In this document: positions 8,041 through 17,542 of the stretch, piece after piece
Layout of the letters: every line of letters starts with the position of its first letter
Numbering within the stretch: position 1 is the stretch's first letter
NCBI GenBank assembly: GCA_964014485.1
Contig: CAXHAT010000076.1
Span: 1 to 35,163, forward strand
Direction: 5' to 3'
DNA length: 35,163 nucleotides
Origin: an uncultured Deferribacteres bacterium
Lineage (GTDB): Bacteria > Zhuqueibacterota > Zhuqueibacteria > Zhuqueibacterales > Geothermadaptataceae
Made by a program: the position numbers and the translations under genes
The notes under the pieces: model-generated
The model's database searches: none
Seen by the model: the letters and a program-made list of their open reading frames with translations, nothing else
Told to the model about the DNA's origin: nothing

Positions 8041-8991
8041 ATGAGCCTTAAAAAAATCGGCATTCTTCGCGGCATGGAAACGACCTTTCCAGACGCGTTG
8101 ATACCTTATATAAATGAAAAATACGGCGATTCAGGCGTGCATGCCGAGTTCGTCGAACTTGACGCCGTTTCGCAAGACGGAACGCCGGAATACGCGGTTG
8201 TTCTGGACAGAATTTCGCATGAAGTGCCGTTCTACAGATCATGGTTAAAATGGACGGCCCTGAAAGGAACCTACGTCGTCAACAATCCCTTTTGGTGGAG
8301 CGCGGACGATAAATTTATCGACAACGTCATCGCGCAACAAGCCGGAGTCGCCGTACCGAAAACAGTTATTTTGCCGCACAAAAAGCACCCGGAAAACACG
8401 GAAGATTCCAGCTTTCGCAATTTAAAATTCCCGATAAATTGGGACGCGGTGGTTGAATACATCGGATTTCCAGCTTTCATGAAACCGCACGACGGCGGCG
8501 GTTGGCGCGGCGTGACCAAAGTGAGCAACCGCGACGAACTCTTCGCGGCTTACGACGATTCCGGGACCGACTGCATGATGCTGCAGGAAGGCATTGAATT
8601 CGAATCCTATTATCGCTGTTACGGCGTGGGACGCAAACACGTTCACATTATGAAGTACAATCCAGTCGCCGAACCGCACCTGAGGTATCACGACGTGCCG
8701 GAAGGCCCGATTCCGGAAGACATTTTCAACACTGTGCATTCGGGCGTCTTGGCGCTTTGCAAAGCGCTTGGTTACGATCTCAACACGGTGGAATTCGCCG
8801 TTCGCGACGGCGTGCCGTATGCAATCGATTTCATGAACCCTGCGCCGGACGCGGACTTCAATTCGGTCGGGCAAGAGAATTTTGAGTGGATCGTCAATCA
8901 CATGGCGGCGTTCCTGGTAGAAAGAGCGACCGAAAAAAGGCGCAAAAAACAATTCACGGCAAACGGCTTTTTAGACGCATATGCGAAGTAA
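8041..8991 (+). CDS. RimK/glutathione-synthetase-like ATP-grasp ligase
   Basis: VVNNPFWWSADDK, VAVPKT, FPAFMKPHDGGGWRGV, MLQEGI, EFAVRDGVPYAIDFMNP. ATG 8041 follows GGAG. Confidence 0.85.
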   Translation: MSLKKIGILRGMETTFPDALIPYINEKYGDSGVHAEFVELDAVSQDGTPEYAVVLDRISHEVPFYRSWLKWTALKGTYVVNNPFWWSADDKFIDNVIAQQAGVAVPKTVILPHKKHPENTEDSSFRNLKFPINWDAVVEYIGFPAFMKPHDGGGWRGVTKVSNRDELFAAYDDSGTDCMMLQEGIEFESYYRCYGVGRKHVHIMKYNPVAEPHLRYHDVPEGPIPEDIFNTVHSGVLALCKALGYDLNTVEFAVRDGVPYAIDFMNPAPDADFNSVGQENFEWIVNHMAAFLVERATEKRRKKQFTANGFLDAYAK

Positions 8992-10336
8992 GCTGAACGA
9001 GGCGATCGCCTGGTACCATTCGATTGTTCAGGCCGACAAGAAAGCCGCGGACGAGCAATTCGAGTGGTTGCAGCAAGAACAGATTGCGCGGAAAACGGAT
9101 TTCGGCGGAAGGCCCCTAGCCAACACTTTGCGTCCGGCGTTCCTTTCCGAAGGCATGCACACGCAAGTGCAAGACGCGGTCTACACCATTCGTCAAGCCG
9201 TTTTGAAATTGGCGGCGTCCTACTTCAGCGACTTCAAATATTTGCAGGAGTTGGGGTTGAATGAGGAGGAAGTTGAGCTCGTTTCCATCCCAACGAATGT
9301 GATACGCCTCTCCGCCACGGCGCGCATGGATTCGTTCATGACGGCGGATTCATTCAAATTTGTCGAGATAAATGCCGAGTCTCCGGCCGGGCCCGCCTAT
9401 TCGCACCACCTGGCTCAAATTTATCGTGAATTGCCAGTTTTTCAAGAGTTTGAAAAACGTTTCCCGGTTCGATTCGTCTCCCCCTTGGAGCACTTGGTCG
9501 CCGGGCTTTTGCGAACTTATCACGAAGAATTTGACGGCGTTTCCGCCAAGCCGTCGTTTGCGATTGTCGACCATCTCAACGTTCCAACTTTCAGCGAATT
9601 TGTCCTGACAAAAGAATATCTCGAAAAATTTGGCTTCTCCTGCGAAATCTGTGACCCGCGAGAACTGGAGTGCAAGGACGGTTGGATTTACGCCAACGGA
9701 CAAAAAATAGACATTCTCTACCGACGTTTGCTGATCTCGGAATTTCTTCCGATGAAAGACGACTGCCAGGCTTATTTTGACGGCTATCGCGCACAGAAGA
9801 CATGTTACCTCAACTCCTTCCGCTCGATGCTCGTCCACAAAAAGGCCATTTTCGCTTTTCTGACGGATGAAAAACACAACCAGATTTTAAACACGAATGA
9901 ATTAGAAGCGATCTATAATCACATTCCCTGGACGCGAATTTTAAAAGAACAAAACACGGCCTTTCGCGGTTTAAACATTGATCTTTTGGAATTCATCCGG
10001 GCGAACCGCCGCTACTTTGTCATTAAACCGAACGACGAATACGGCGGGAAAGACGTTTGTCTCGGCTTTACCGCTTCCCAATCGGAATGGGAAAAAGCTA
10101 TGGAAAAGGGCGTTGGTCACGGTCACATCGTACAGGAAATCGTTGATATTCACAAAGAACCGTTTATCATGCATCTGGACGGCGCATGGCAAGAAGTTCC
10201 GACGGTTCTTGACCTTGACCCATACTTGAACGGCCCGTTGATGGGCGGATGTTTGGCCCGTATTTCCGCCACGAATTTAGCAAACGTGACCGCAGGCGGC
10301 GGAACCGTCCCACAGTTTATCTTGCGTTATTTATGA
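8981..10336 (+). CDS. Circularly permuted ATP-grasp ligase (CP_ATPgrasp/glutathionylspermidine-synthase-like)
   Basis: RMDSF...FVEINAESPAG, IDILYRR, VIKPNDEYGGKDV, IVQE, ANVTAGGG. 11-bp overlap with the upstream gene. Confidence 0.82.
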   Translation: MRSKLNEAIAWYHSIVQADKKAADEQFEWLQQEQIARKTDFGGRPLANTLRPAFLSEGMHTQVQDAVYTIRQAVLKLAASYFSDFKYLQELGLNEEEVELVSIPTNVIRLSATARMDSFMTADSFKFVEINAESPAGPAYSHHLAQIYRELPVFQEFEKRFPVRFVSPLEHLVAGLLRTYHEEFDGVSAKPSFAIVDHLNVPTFSEFVLTKEYLEKFGFSCEICDPRELECKDGWIYANGQKIDILYRRLLISEFLPMKDDCQAYFDGYRAQKTCYLNSFRSMLVHKKAIFAFLTDEKHNQILNTNELEAIYNHIPWTRILKEQNTAFRGLNIDLLEFIRANRRYFVIKPNDEYGGKDVCLGFTASQSEWEKAMEKGVGHGHIVQEIVDIHKEPFIMHLDGAWQEVPTVLDLDPYLNGPLMGGCLARISATNLANVTAGGGTVPQFILRYL

Positions 10337-11193
10337 TGACCGACCCAAAACACACTGTCAAAGCAGCGGTTCTTGACCTTTACAACAACGAACCGAATGA
10401 AGGCATGCGCTGCATCCGCGACATTCTGCATCGCGCCAACGGCCGCGTCTGCGACGTGCCGCTCGTTTTTGACGTTTTTGACGTGCGCCACAAAGGGGAA
10501 ATTCCGGATTTATCCTACGATATTTACATCTCCTCCGGCGGCCCGGGCAGCCCGTTTGAAGGAGAAGGCCAGGCTTGGGATCGCGACTATTTCGATTGGC
10601 TGGACAAGCTCTGGCGGCATAACGAGACCGAATATTCCGGCAAAAAATTTCTCTGCGCCATCTGCCATTCTTTCGAATTAATGACGCGCTTTTTTGAATT
10701 CGCGGAGATTACGCCGCGCAAGTCGAAATCTTTCGGCATTATGCCCGTTCACAAAACGCCCGCCGGGAAGCACGAAATTATTTTCAGCGATTTAAATAAC
10801 CCGTTCTTTGCGGCGGATATCCGCGAATATCAAGTCGTTCAGCCGAAAAAATCCCGCATTCATGAATTGGGCGCGGAAATTATCGCTCTGGAAAAAATCC
10901 GACCGCACATCGATCTTGAGCGCGCCGTTATGGGCGTTCGCATGTCGCCGGAAATCGTTGGCGTGCAATTTCACCCGGAGGCCGACCCCGAAGCGATGGC
11001 CTATCATTTTCAAAACCCCAAAAACAAAAGCGCCATTATCCACGAGCACGGAGAGGAAAAATACAACATTATCATGCATCGCCTTGCCGACCCCAACTAT
11101 CTCACCCCGACGCAAGAAACCGTCATCCCCAATTTTCTAACCAACGCTATTGAAAACCTTCGTCCTGAATTAGTTTTTGACATGGCGATTTAG
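10333..11193 (+). CDS. Class I glutamine amidotransferase-like protein (GMP-synthase-like GATase or gamma-glutamyl hydrolase)
   Basis: SSGGPG oxyanion loop, AICHS nucleophile Cys, QFHPEAD His-Glu. ATGA overlap at 10333-10336. Confidence 0.85.
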   Translation: MMTDPKHTVKAAVLDLYNNEPNEGMRCIRDILHRANGRVCDVPLVFDVFDVRHKGEIPDLSYDIYISSGGPGSPFEGEGQAWDRDYFDWLDKLWRHNETEYSGKKFLCAICHSFELMTRFFEFAEITPRKSKSFGIMPVHKTPAGKHEIIFSDLNNPFFAADIREYQVVQPKKSRIHELGAEIIALEKIRPHIDLERAVMGVRMSPEIVGVQFHPEADPEAMAYHFQNPKNKSAIIHEHGEEKYNIIMHRLADPNYLTPTQETVIPNFLTNAIENLRPELVFDMAI

Positions 11194-11288
11194 GCGTTGC
11201 GTCAAACGTCCCAAGGTCGAAAACGAGCTTTTCCGTTTTGTCGCCTTCACAATGGAATCGTTTGATTTTGAAGATCGATTAAGTTGGC

Positions 11289-12764
11289 TCAATCATAATG
11301 CTTCAATCGCGGCCATGCTTGTTGAAAACTGATTTTGGGATTTCGGCAAATGAAAAGCGGGCGATTGTGCTCTTCGTTTTCTACGCCGTACTTATTGCGA
11401 ATCACGCCCGCCTCTTGCACGCTCTCATAATAACGCAAAAGGTTCGCCGCCGAATCCGCGCCCAATACAATAGCGACGCTTTTCATCTCTTCGCCCGGCC
11501 CCCAAATCCAATGGCTGTTGTGGCCGCTAATTGCTTTTGGCAGTCCGGCATTTCTCCCCAAAAAATTGATCGCGCCCGCTTGCCCGTAATTTCCAGTAAA
11601 AACAATGCAGTCTGCCTGCTCTTCCGGCGTCAAAGTTTGAAACGCTTCGGAAACGGCGGCGACCATCTCGTCCCAGCCGACCATGTCCTTGTAATCGCCG
11701 CTGGTTGTTTGTTCAACCGGGTAGATCGGCAGGGCGGTTTTGGGCATAACCAGAATGGAACCGGCGACAAAAACAATCGCCAGGCTTCCGCGCACCCACA
11801 AGGACTTGCCGATTTTTTCTCCCAACCAAACGGCGCCGCCAGCAAACAGCACCGGATAAATCGGGCCGAGGTAGTAAGGCTTGGCTTTTATGATCAGAAA
11901 AAGAAGCAAAATGGTCAGGTAAGCGACGCCAAAAACTTTGTAAGGACGGCCCTTTTCGGTGAAAAGAAAAAACCAGAGTCCGGCCAGCCAAATCGGGAAA
12001 GCAAATATTTGCTGGCTGCCAATCTGCCCGATGACGAAAAAATCGAAGAACGAGATGGTTTGCATTTTCTCTGCATTGATGAACTGCAGAAATTCAAGCG
12101 TCGGCCAGTCGTGTTTTATCTGCCACAAGACGTTCGGCAGAAAAATCATTGACGCAAGCGCCGCGCCGCCCGAAAACCATTTGTCGGCGAGCATTTTCCT
12201 CTGCGGCGCAGCGAGCAGACCGATAAGCGCGCCAAATAGAAAAAAGAGCATCGTATGCTTGTTCATCAAGCCAATCCCCGCAATCGCACCGACCGCCAGC
12301 CATAAGCGAGAATCTCCGCTTTTTATCGTGCGAATGATGAAGTAAGCGGCCAAAACCGAAAAGAATTGGTCGAAAGAAACGGCTTGCAACATGCCGTTGG
12401 AGTGCAGGTAGCGCGGCGCCAAAATGACCGCGAGCCCGCCCAAAAGCTGCGCGAATCGGCCGCCGCTGAATTGTCGAACCATCAAAATGGTCACTAGAAC
12501 GATTCCGGCTCCCGCCATCGCCGGGAAAAGCCGAATCGCAAACAGAGAATCGCCAAAAAGAGCGCGGGCAAAATTTGCCGCGGCGGGCGTGAACGGCGGG
12601 TGATCGACAAAGCCCCAATCGAGATTTTCGCCGCAGTCAATGTAGTACAATTCGTCCCGGTGAAAGCCATACTGGTCGTTGGTGGAAAAATGTATCGCCA
12701 ACTTGATCGCAATCAGCACGAAAAGAATGGCGTTTTCTTTTGATAAAAGCGATTTTGAATTCAT
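11289..12764 (-). CDS. GT-C fold membrane glycosyltransferase (GT39/PMT_2/ArnT-like)
   Basis: YGFHRDELYY....L.WGFVDHPP, many transmembrane segments, C-terminal NYGQAGAI..SGHNS.W.WGP. Confidence 0.88.
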   Translation of the reverse strand: MNSKSLLSKENAILFVLIAIKLAIHFSTNDQYGFHRDELYYIDCGENLDWGFVDHPPFTPAAANFARALFGDSLFAIRLFPAMAGAGIVLVTILMVRQFSGGRFAQLLGGLAVILAPRYLHSNGMLQAVSFDQFFSVLAAYFIIRTIKSGDSRLWLAVGAIAGIGLMNKHTMLFFLFGALIGLLAAPQRKMLADKWFSGGAALASMIFLPNVLWQIKHDWPTLEFLQFINAEKMQTISFFDFFVIGQIGSQQIFAFPIWLAGLWFFLFTEKGRPYKVFGVAYLTILLLFLIIKAKPYYLGPIYPVLFAGGAVWLGEKIGKSLWVRGSLAIVFVAGSILVMPKTALPIYPVEQTTSGDYKDMVGWDEMVAAVSEAFQTLTPEEQADCIVFTGNYGQAGAINFLGRNAGLPKAISGHNSHWIWGPGEEMKSVAIVLGADSAANLLRYYESVQEAGVIRNKYGVENEEHNRPLFICRNPKISFQQAWPRLKHYD

Positions 12765-12831
12765 GGAAAGTCTCGTTTTTCAATCAGCTTCTTTTCAGAA
12801 TACGATGTTTCCGGCTCAATAAAATTCAAAA

Positions 12832-13596
12832 ATGAACAGACAAATTTCCGGCGGACAATTAAGCGTCCTCATCGTGGACGACGAGCAACCGGCAAGGAGA
12901 AAAATTCGCGGTTTTCTACAGAACGATTCTCGCGTCTTGCAAATCAGCGAAGCGGAAAACGGCGTTGAAGCGGTTGAAAGAATTCAGCAAAATCCGCCGG
13001 ATCTCGTTTTCCTGGATATTCAAATGCCGGGCATGACGGGCTTTGAAGTGCTCGAAAACATCGGCGCTGTTGAAATTCCCGCCGTGATTTTCGTGACTGC
13101 CTACGATGAATTCGCCATCGCAGCATTTGAAGTGGAAGCTGTGGACTATTTGCTGAAACCGTTTGACCGGGAGCGATTGCACACGGCCTTTCAGCGGGCG
13201 ACAGACCGCATTCACGCCAGGGTCGATCACAGCAAGCAACTAAAAAGCATCATCCAGCAGTTTCGGCGGGATGAGGATTATCCGGAAAGAATTATGGTCA
13301 GCGTTGGCAAGAAGTTCATTTTTGTTCATACCGCCGAAATTCAACACATTTCCGCGGAAGAAAAATACGTCAATCTACACACGTCCGACGGGAAATATTT
13401 ATTGCGCGAGACGATGAGCAACATGGAAAAAAGGCTTGATCCTCGAAAATTCGCACGCATCCACCGTTCGGCCATCGTGAACCTGGAATTCATTAAGGAA
13501 ATCCAGTCCTGGTCGCACGGCGATTATATCGCAATTTTGAAAAACGGCAAAAAATTAACCGTCAGCCGGCGGTACAAAAACGGGATTTTCAAGTGA
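12832..13596 (+). CDS. LytTR family response regulator
   Basis: Receiver domain (IVDDE, FLDIQMP, FVTAYD, DYLLKP) plus LytTR domain (F.RIHRS.IVN...VSR). Confidence 0.95.
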   Translation: MNRQISGGQLSVLIVDDEQPARRKIRGFLQNDSRVLQISEAENGVEAVERIQQNPPDLVFLDIQMPGMTGFEVLENIGAVEIPAVIFVTAYDEFAIAAFEVEAVDYLLKPFDRERLHTAFQRATDRIHARVDHSKQLKSIIQQFRRDEDYPERIMVSVGKKFIFVHTAEIQHISAEEKYVNLHTSDGKYLLRETMSNMEKRLDPRKFARIHRSAIVNLEFIKEIQSWSHGDYIAILKNGKKLTVSRRYKNGIFK

Positions 13597-13635
13597 GGCG
13601 GGCAAAGCAAATGACATTTTTTGAAGGAGACTTGG

Positions 13636-15363
13636 ATGCACGGCGGTGATATTGTCGGCGAAGTTTTACAACGCCAAGGCGTCAAGTTTCTGTTTACGTT
13701 GTGCGGCGGTCACATTGCGCCGATTTTGAAAGGCGCGAAAGACCGCGGCGTGCGCATCATCGACGTGCGCCATGAAGTAACGACGGTTTTTGCGGCGGAT
13801 GCAGTCGCGCGCCTCAGCGGCGTGCCCGGCGTGGCGGCGGTGACTGCCGGGCCCGGCGTAACCAACACGATCACCGCCGTGAAAAATGCACAAATGGCGC
13901 AATCCCCGATCGTGCTGCTCGGCGGCGCGACGGCAACGGCTTTGAAAGGACGGGGAGCTTTGCAAGACATTGATCAAATGGCGTTGATCAAGCCGCACGT
14001 CAAGTGGGCGAAAGCGGCGAAGCGCGTGCGCGACCTCGCACCGATGCTGGAAGAAGCTTTCCAGGTTTCGCAATCCGGCGTGCCCGGCCCGGTCTTCCTG
14101 GAATGTCCGGTGGATTTGCTCTACGACGAATCCTTGGTTCGCAGTTGGTACGGGCTAAAATCGGATCGCGGCAAGAGCCTGGCGGACAAAGCGATAAAAA
14201 TGTATCTCGACAACCATGTGAATCGCGTTTTCGCTGGAGGGCGCGACGTGCATTTTTCGGAAAAAATGAATTTGGCTTTAGCGCAACCGGATTCGAGCAA
14301 AATCAATGATGCATGGAGCCGTCTGCAAAGCGCTGAACGGCCGCTCATGCTCGTCGGCAGCCAAGCAGTGCTTGATGCGAAAAATGCGAAAACGACAGCC
14401 GAAGCCGTGGCGAAATTGGGCGTTCCGGTCTACTTGTCGGGGATGGCGCGGGGACTTTTGGGCAAAGGTCACCCGTTGCAAATGCGCCACAAACGGCGCA
14501 ATGCGCTCAAGGAAGCCGACCTAGTCTTGCTCGCCGGCGTCCCCTGCGATTTTCGCCTTGATTACGGCAATCATATCCGGCGCAGCGCAACCTATATTTC
14601 CGCCAACATCAGCAAAAAAGACATGTCGTTGAACCGCCGCCCGAATCTTGGCGTTCTCGGCGATCCCGGCGCTTTTATCCGCGCGTTGTCTCAAAAACAA
14701 GACGGTTCCACAAAATGGGACGGCTGGATTCAAAGCCTGAGAGAACGAGATCATCGGCGTGAAGAGGAAATTCAGGAACAAGCGAATGCTTCGTCAGACT
14801 TGCTCAATCCCGTTCACTTGTGCCGCACAATTGAGAACGAGTTGGACGAAAACAGCGTGCTTGTCGCTGACGGCGGCGATTTTGTGGCGACGGCGTCTTA
14901 CACCATGAGTCCGCGCGGCCCGCTGCGTTGGCTCGACCCGGGACCGTTTGGCACGCTCGGCGTTGGCGCGGGCTTCGCACTTGGCGCCAAGCTCTGCCGC
15001 CCTGACGCGGAAGTCTGGATTATCTACGGCGACGGTTCGGTTGGCTATAGTCTTTCGGAATTCGACTCTTTTGTCCGTCACGAGCTTCCAGTTATCGCCG
15101 TTGTCGGCAATGACGCTTCGTGGATGCAAATCGCCCGTGAGCAAGTTGAAATTCTGGAGGATGACGTTGGTACGGTTTTGCGCCGGACGGATTATGACGC
15201 TGCAGCGGCTGGTTTCGGCGGACAAGGCTTTGTTTTAAAATCTCCCGGTGATATTGAAAAAACACTGGAAGCAGCCAAAGCCGCCGCTCAAGACGGCAAT
15301 CCGGTTCTCATCAACGCTCACCTCGGGAAGACCGATTTTCGCAAAGGGTCGATTTCCATGTAA
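13636..15363 (+). CDS. Thiamine-diphosphate enzyme, ILVBL/2-hydroxyacyl-CoA lyase-like (acetolactate synthase family)
   Basis: HGG..V..VL...[38 protein letters not shown] ThDP motif. GAAGGAG RBS. Confidence 0.88.
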   Translation: MHGGDIVGEVLQRQGVKFLFTLCGGHIAPILKGAKDRGVRIIDVRHEVTTVFAADAVARLSGVPGVAAVTAGPGVTNTITAVKNAQMAQSPIVLLGGATATALKGRGALQDIDQMALIKPHVKWAKAAKRVRDLAPMLEEAFQVSQSGVPGPVFLECPVDLLYDESLVRSWYGLKSDRGKSLADKAIKMYLDNHVNRVFAGGRDVHFSEKMNLALAQPDSSKINDAWSRLQSAERPLMLVGSQAVLDAKNAKTTAEAVAKLGVPVYLSGMARGLLGKGHPLQMRHKRRNALKEADLVLLAGVPCDFRLDYGNHIRRSATYISANISKKDMSLNRRPNLGVLGDPGAFIRALSQKQDGSTKWDGWIQSLRERDHRREEEIQEQANASSDLLNPVHLCRTIENELDENSVLVADGGDFVATASYTMSPRGPLRWLDPGPFGTLGVGAGFALGAKLCRPDAEVWIIYGDGSVGYSLSEFDSFVRHELPVIAVVGNDASWMQIAREQVEILEDDVGTVLRRTDYDAAAAGFGGQGFVLKSPGDIEKTLEAAKAAAQDGNPVLINAHLGKTDFRKGSISM

Positions 15364-15436
15364 CCAAATTCTTCATCGGAATAATGGAGCATTGCGTTGC
15401 CGGAGTCATGGACATAAGTTTTTTTACTGATATTAC

Positions 15437-15662
15437 GCACTGCAAAACATTTCCCGAAGCTCAAGCGCAAATTGCGGCTCGTTCCCAAACTCCGGCTTGG
15501 GAATGGAGATGAGCTCGAAACTCCGGTTTCGAACCAAAGTACTCACTCGAAACTGGAGTTTCGAGTGCAATCTCGCTCCCAATCCCGAGATTAGGAGCGA
15601 GAATTTTGGGCATTTCAAAATTCGGTTGAAGGTAATCCGCTCCCAGGAATGAAATTCAGTGC
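15437..15662. mobile_element. Degenerate MITE-like element with four REP-type hairpins
   Basis: Hairpins at 15478-15601 (gttcccaaactccggcttgggaa; tcgaaactccggtttcga; ctcgaaactggagtttcgag; ctcgctcc...ggagcgag). Weak TIR gcactg..catt at both ends. Confidence 0.6.
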
Positions 15663-15691
15663 TCACGACCAAAAGGATTTTGCTTCTTCGG

Positions 15692-15912
15692 GCTTCTGAG
15701 TAACTCTTTTCGGAGTGGGGTTGTCTCAAAACATAATATTTTTGATGCGCTACACCATATGTAGGGGTTCAAAATCTTGAACCCCTACGACATGTTGTAT
15801 GCTTTGCGTTCAGAGACCATGTTTTTAGACAGCCCCCGGTAACGGCAAGCCACACTCAAACGCTGAAGCGTTTGACTCCGGGGTGAGTTGTTTTTCAATC
15901 AAGACCGAAAGC
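15692..15912. repeat. GGAGT-type repeat element, homologous to 27854-27968, interrupted by another element
   Basis: Shares gtaactcttttcggagtg and ccacactcaaacgctgaa.cgtttgactcc with the 27.9 kb copy. Confidence 0.8.
15717..15836. mobile_element. 120-bp MITE-like element with 18-bp TIRs carrying a GTAG-type REP
   Basis: ggggttgtctcaaaacat / atgtttttagacagcccc (16/18). Central gtaggggttcaa-aatc-ttgaacccctac at 15761-15788. Confidence 0.8.
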
Positions 15913-15973
15913 ACGTTTGAAAGCACGTTTGGCTAACTCTACAATTACATTTTTCCTGATTTAACGTATTTCG

Positions 15974-16876
15974 ATGATCACCCAAATCCCTCTGTTGCAC
16001 ACATTGCGAGGCCATCGTTTTTGGATTTCCGACGCGACGATTACGCCGGACGGCAAGAAAGTCGTTTCCGCATCCTGGGATCGCACGCTGCGTGTTTGGA
16101 GCCTGGAAACAGGCGTCGAGTTAGCGACCTTGAGAGGGCACTGGGCGCTGGTTTCCGGGGTCGTCGTCACGCCGGACGGGACACGAGCCGTTTCCGCTTC
16201 ACACGATAATTCCCTCACGATCTGGCGTTTGGGAACGTACAGCCAGATGATGACCGTGGAAGAACACACGAACTCCGTCATGCGCGTCGCACTAACGCCG
16301 GACGGGCGGCATTTTGTGTCGGCGTCGGCGGATAAGACGTTGAAAATTTGGAATTTGGAAAACGGCCAGGTTTTAAAAACGCTTGAAGGTCATGAGAGCG
16401 AAGTGACGGCTGTCGCAGTAACCGCCTGCGGCAAAAAAATCGTTTCGGGCTCGTCCGACGCAGTCATCAAAATTTGGGATTTTGAGTCCGGAGAAACAGC
16501 GGCTGAACTGCGGGGCCATATGGACGAGATCAGCGCCGTCACCACCACGCCCGACAATAAGAAAATCTTGTCAGCTTCACGAGACGGCGACGTGAAAACC
16601 TGGCTGATTTCTTCCGGAGAATGTACAGACACGTATCATGGTCAGGGACGGCCTGTCGCCGCTCTTGCCGCCACGCCCGACGGCAGGCGCGCGATTTTCT
16701 CATTTTCGGATGACGACCCAATCGTATGGGATTTGGAAGAACGTCGGGAAGTCGCGGTTTTGGAGGGGCACGGCGACGTTGTTTCCGCCGTCGCCGTCTC
16801 GCCGAACGGGGAAAAAGCAGTCACCGGGTCATGGGATAATACGCTCAAAGTTTGGGACGTTAGCGCAATTCATTGA
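15974..16876 (+). CDS. Stand-alone WD40 repeat protein (about 7 blades)
   Basis: Repeated L.GH...V..V..TPDG...VSAS.D.TLKIW units across 300 aa. Confidence 0.92.
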   Translation: MITQIPLLHTLRGHRFWISDATITPDGKKVVSASWDRTLRVWSLETGVELATLRGHWALVSGVVVTPDGTRAVSASHDNSLTIWRLGTYSQMMTVEEHTNSVMRVALTPDGRHFVSASADKTLKIWNLENGQVLKTLEGHESEVTAVAVTACGKKIVSGSSDAVIKIWDFESGETAAELRGHMDEISAVTTTPDNKKILSASRDGDVKTWLISSGECTDTYHGQGRPVAALAATPDGRRAIFSFSDDDPIVWDLEERREVAVLEGHGDVVSAVAVSPNGEKAVTGSWDNTLKVWDVSAIH

Positions 16877-16881
16877 AAAGG

Positions 16882-17517
16882 CTAGCGCTCAACCTTGACA
16901 AACAAATCGTCGAACCACGCCTCCCCGATTGTCGAAATACCAGCGCGAATTGAAATGCTTGAAGGGATTTCAGGCAGTTGGATGATTCTCTCCATATAAA
17001 CAAAATTTCCTTCCGCTCCGGTCGGCTGGTCGAGATAAACGTTGGCAAATGTGCGGCCGTTTACCGCCGTTGCAAAGCGAATGTTCAGGCCGACCTTGAC
17101 TTTCGGTTCGCCATTCGTACGCACCCAACCGCCGAACCTGACTCGCGCCCCCGCCGCGGTTTCACCGATTTCCTGCGTCCAGGCGTGAAGGATTTCAGAA
17201 CCGCCTGCGCCGGGATGCCTTTCGATTCGAACATAGGCGCTTTTTCTTCCCGATTTAGCGTAAGAATTCGTGATTGAAATTTCAGCGTGGTTGGCGTAAT
17301 TAGGCGGCGCCGAAATGCGCCAATCCCCTTGAGCTTCAAAGCCGCCGCCCGTCACCAGCCCGTTCTTTCGAGGGCCGTCTTTTTTGAAAAGAATCGACGG
17401 ATTGATGCATCCAATTTGGGAAACGCAAAAAATCGCGACCCACAAAATTGTTGTCTCAAAGCTACCGACGTTTTTTGAAATGTTGGCGAGGAATGATCCG
17501 GATGACCTGTGCTGCAT
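16882..17517 (-). CDS. Probable lipoprotein with a carbohydrate-binding-module-like (CBM_4_9-like) jelly-roll domain
   Basis: Hydrophobic stretch ending QIGC; NGLV.GGGFE..W...SG.KS...WVRT...AWFDDL pattern. Start uncertain. Confidence 0.6.
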   Translation of the reverse strand: MQHRSSGSFLANISKNVGSFETTILWVAIFCVSQIGCINPSILFKKDGPRKNGLVTGGGFEAQGDWRISAPPNYANHAEISITNSYAKSGRKSAYVRIERHPGAGGSEILHAWTQEIGETAAGARVRFGGWVRTNGEPKVKVGLNIRFATAVNGRTFANVYLDQPTGAEGNFVYMERIIQLPEIPSSISIRAGISTIGEAWFDDLFVKVER

Positions 17518-17542
17518 GTCGCTCCCGCGAATCCCCAGTCAG

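Noticed and set aside
15433..15729. 98-aa ORF
   Set aside because: It is a translation of stacked palindromic repeats.
15752..15767. NrdR-box-like acaccatatgtagggg
   Set aside because: Only 12/16, single, and overlapping a REP inside a MITE.
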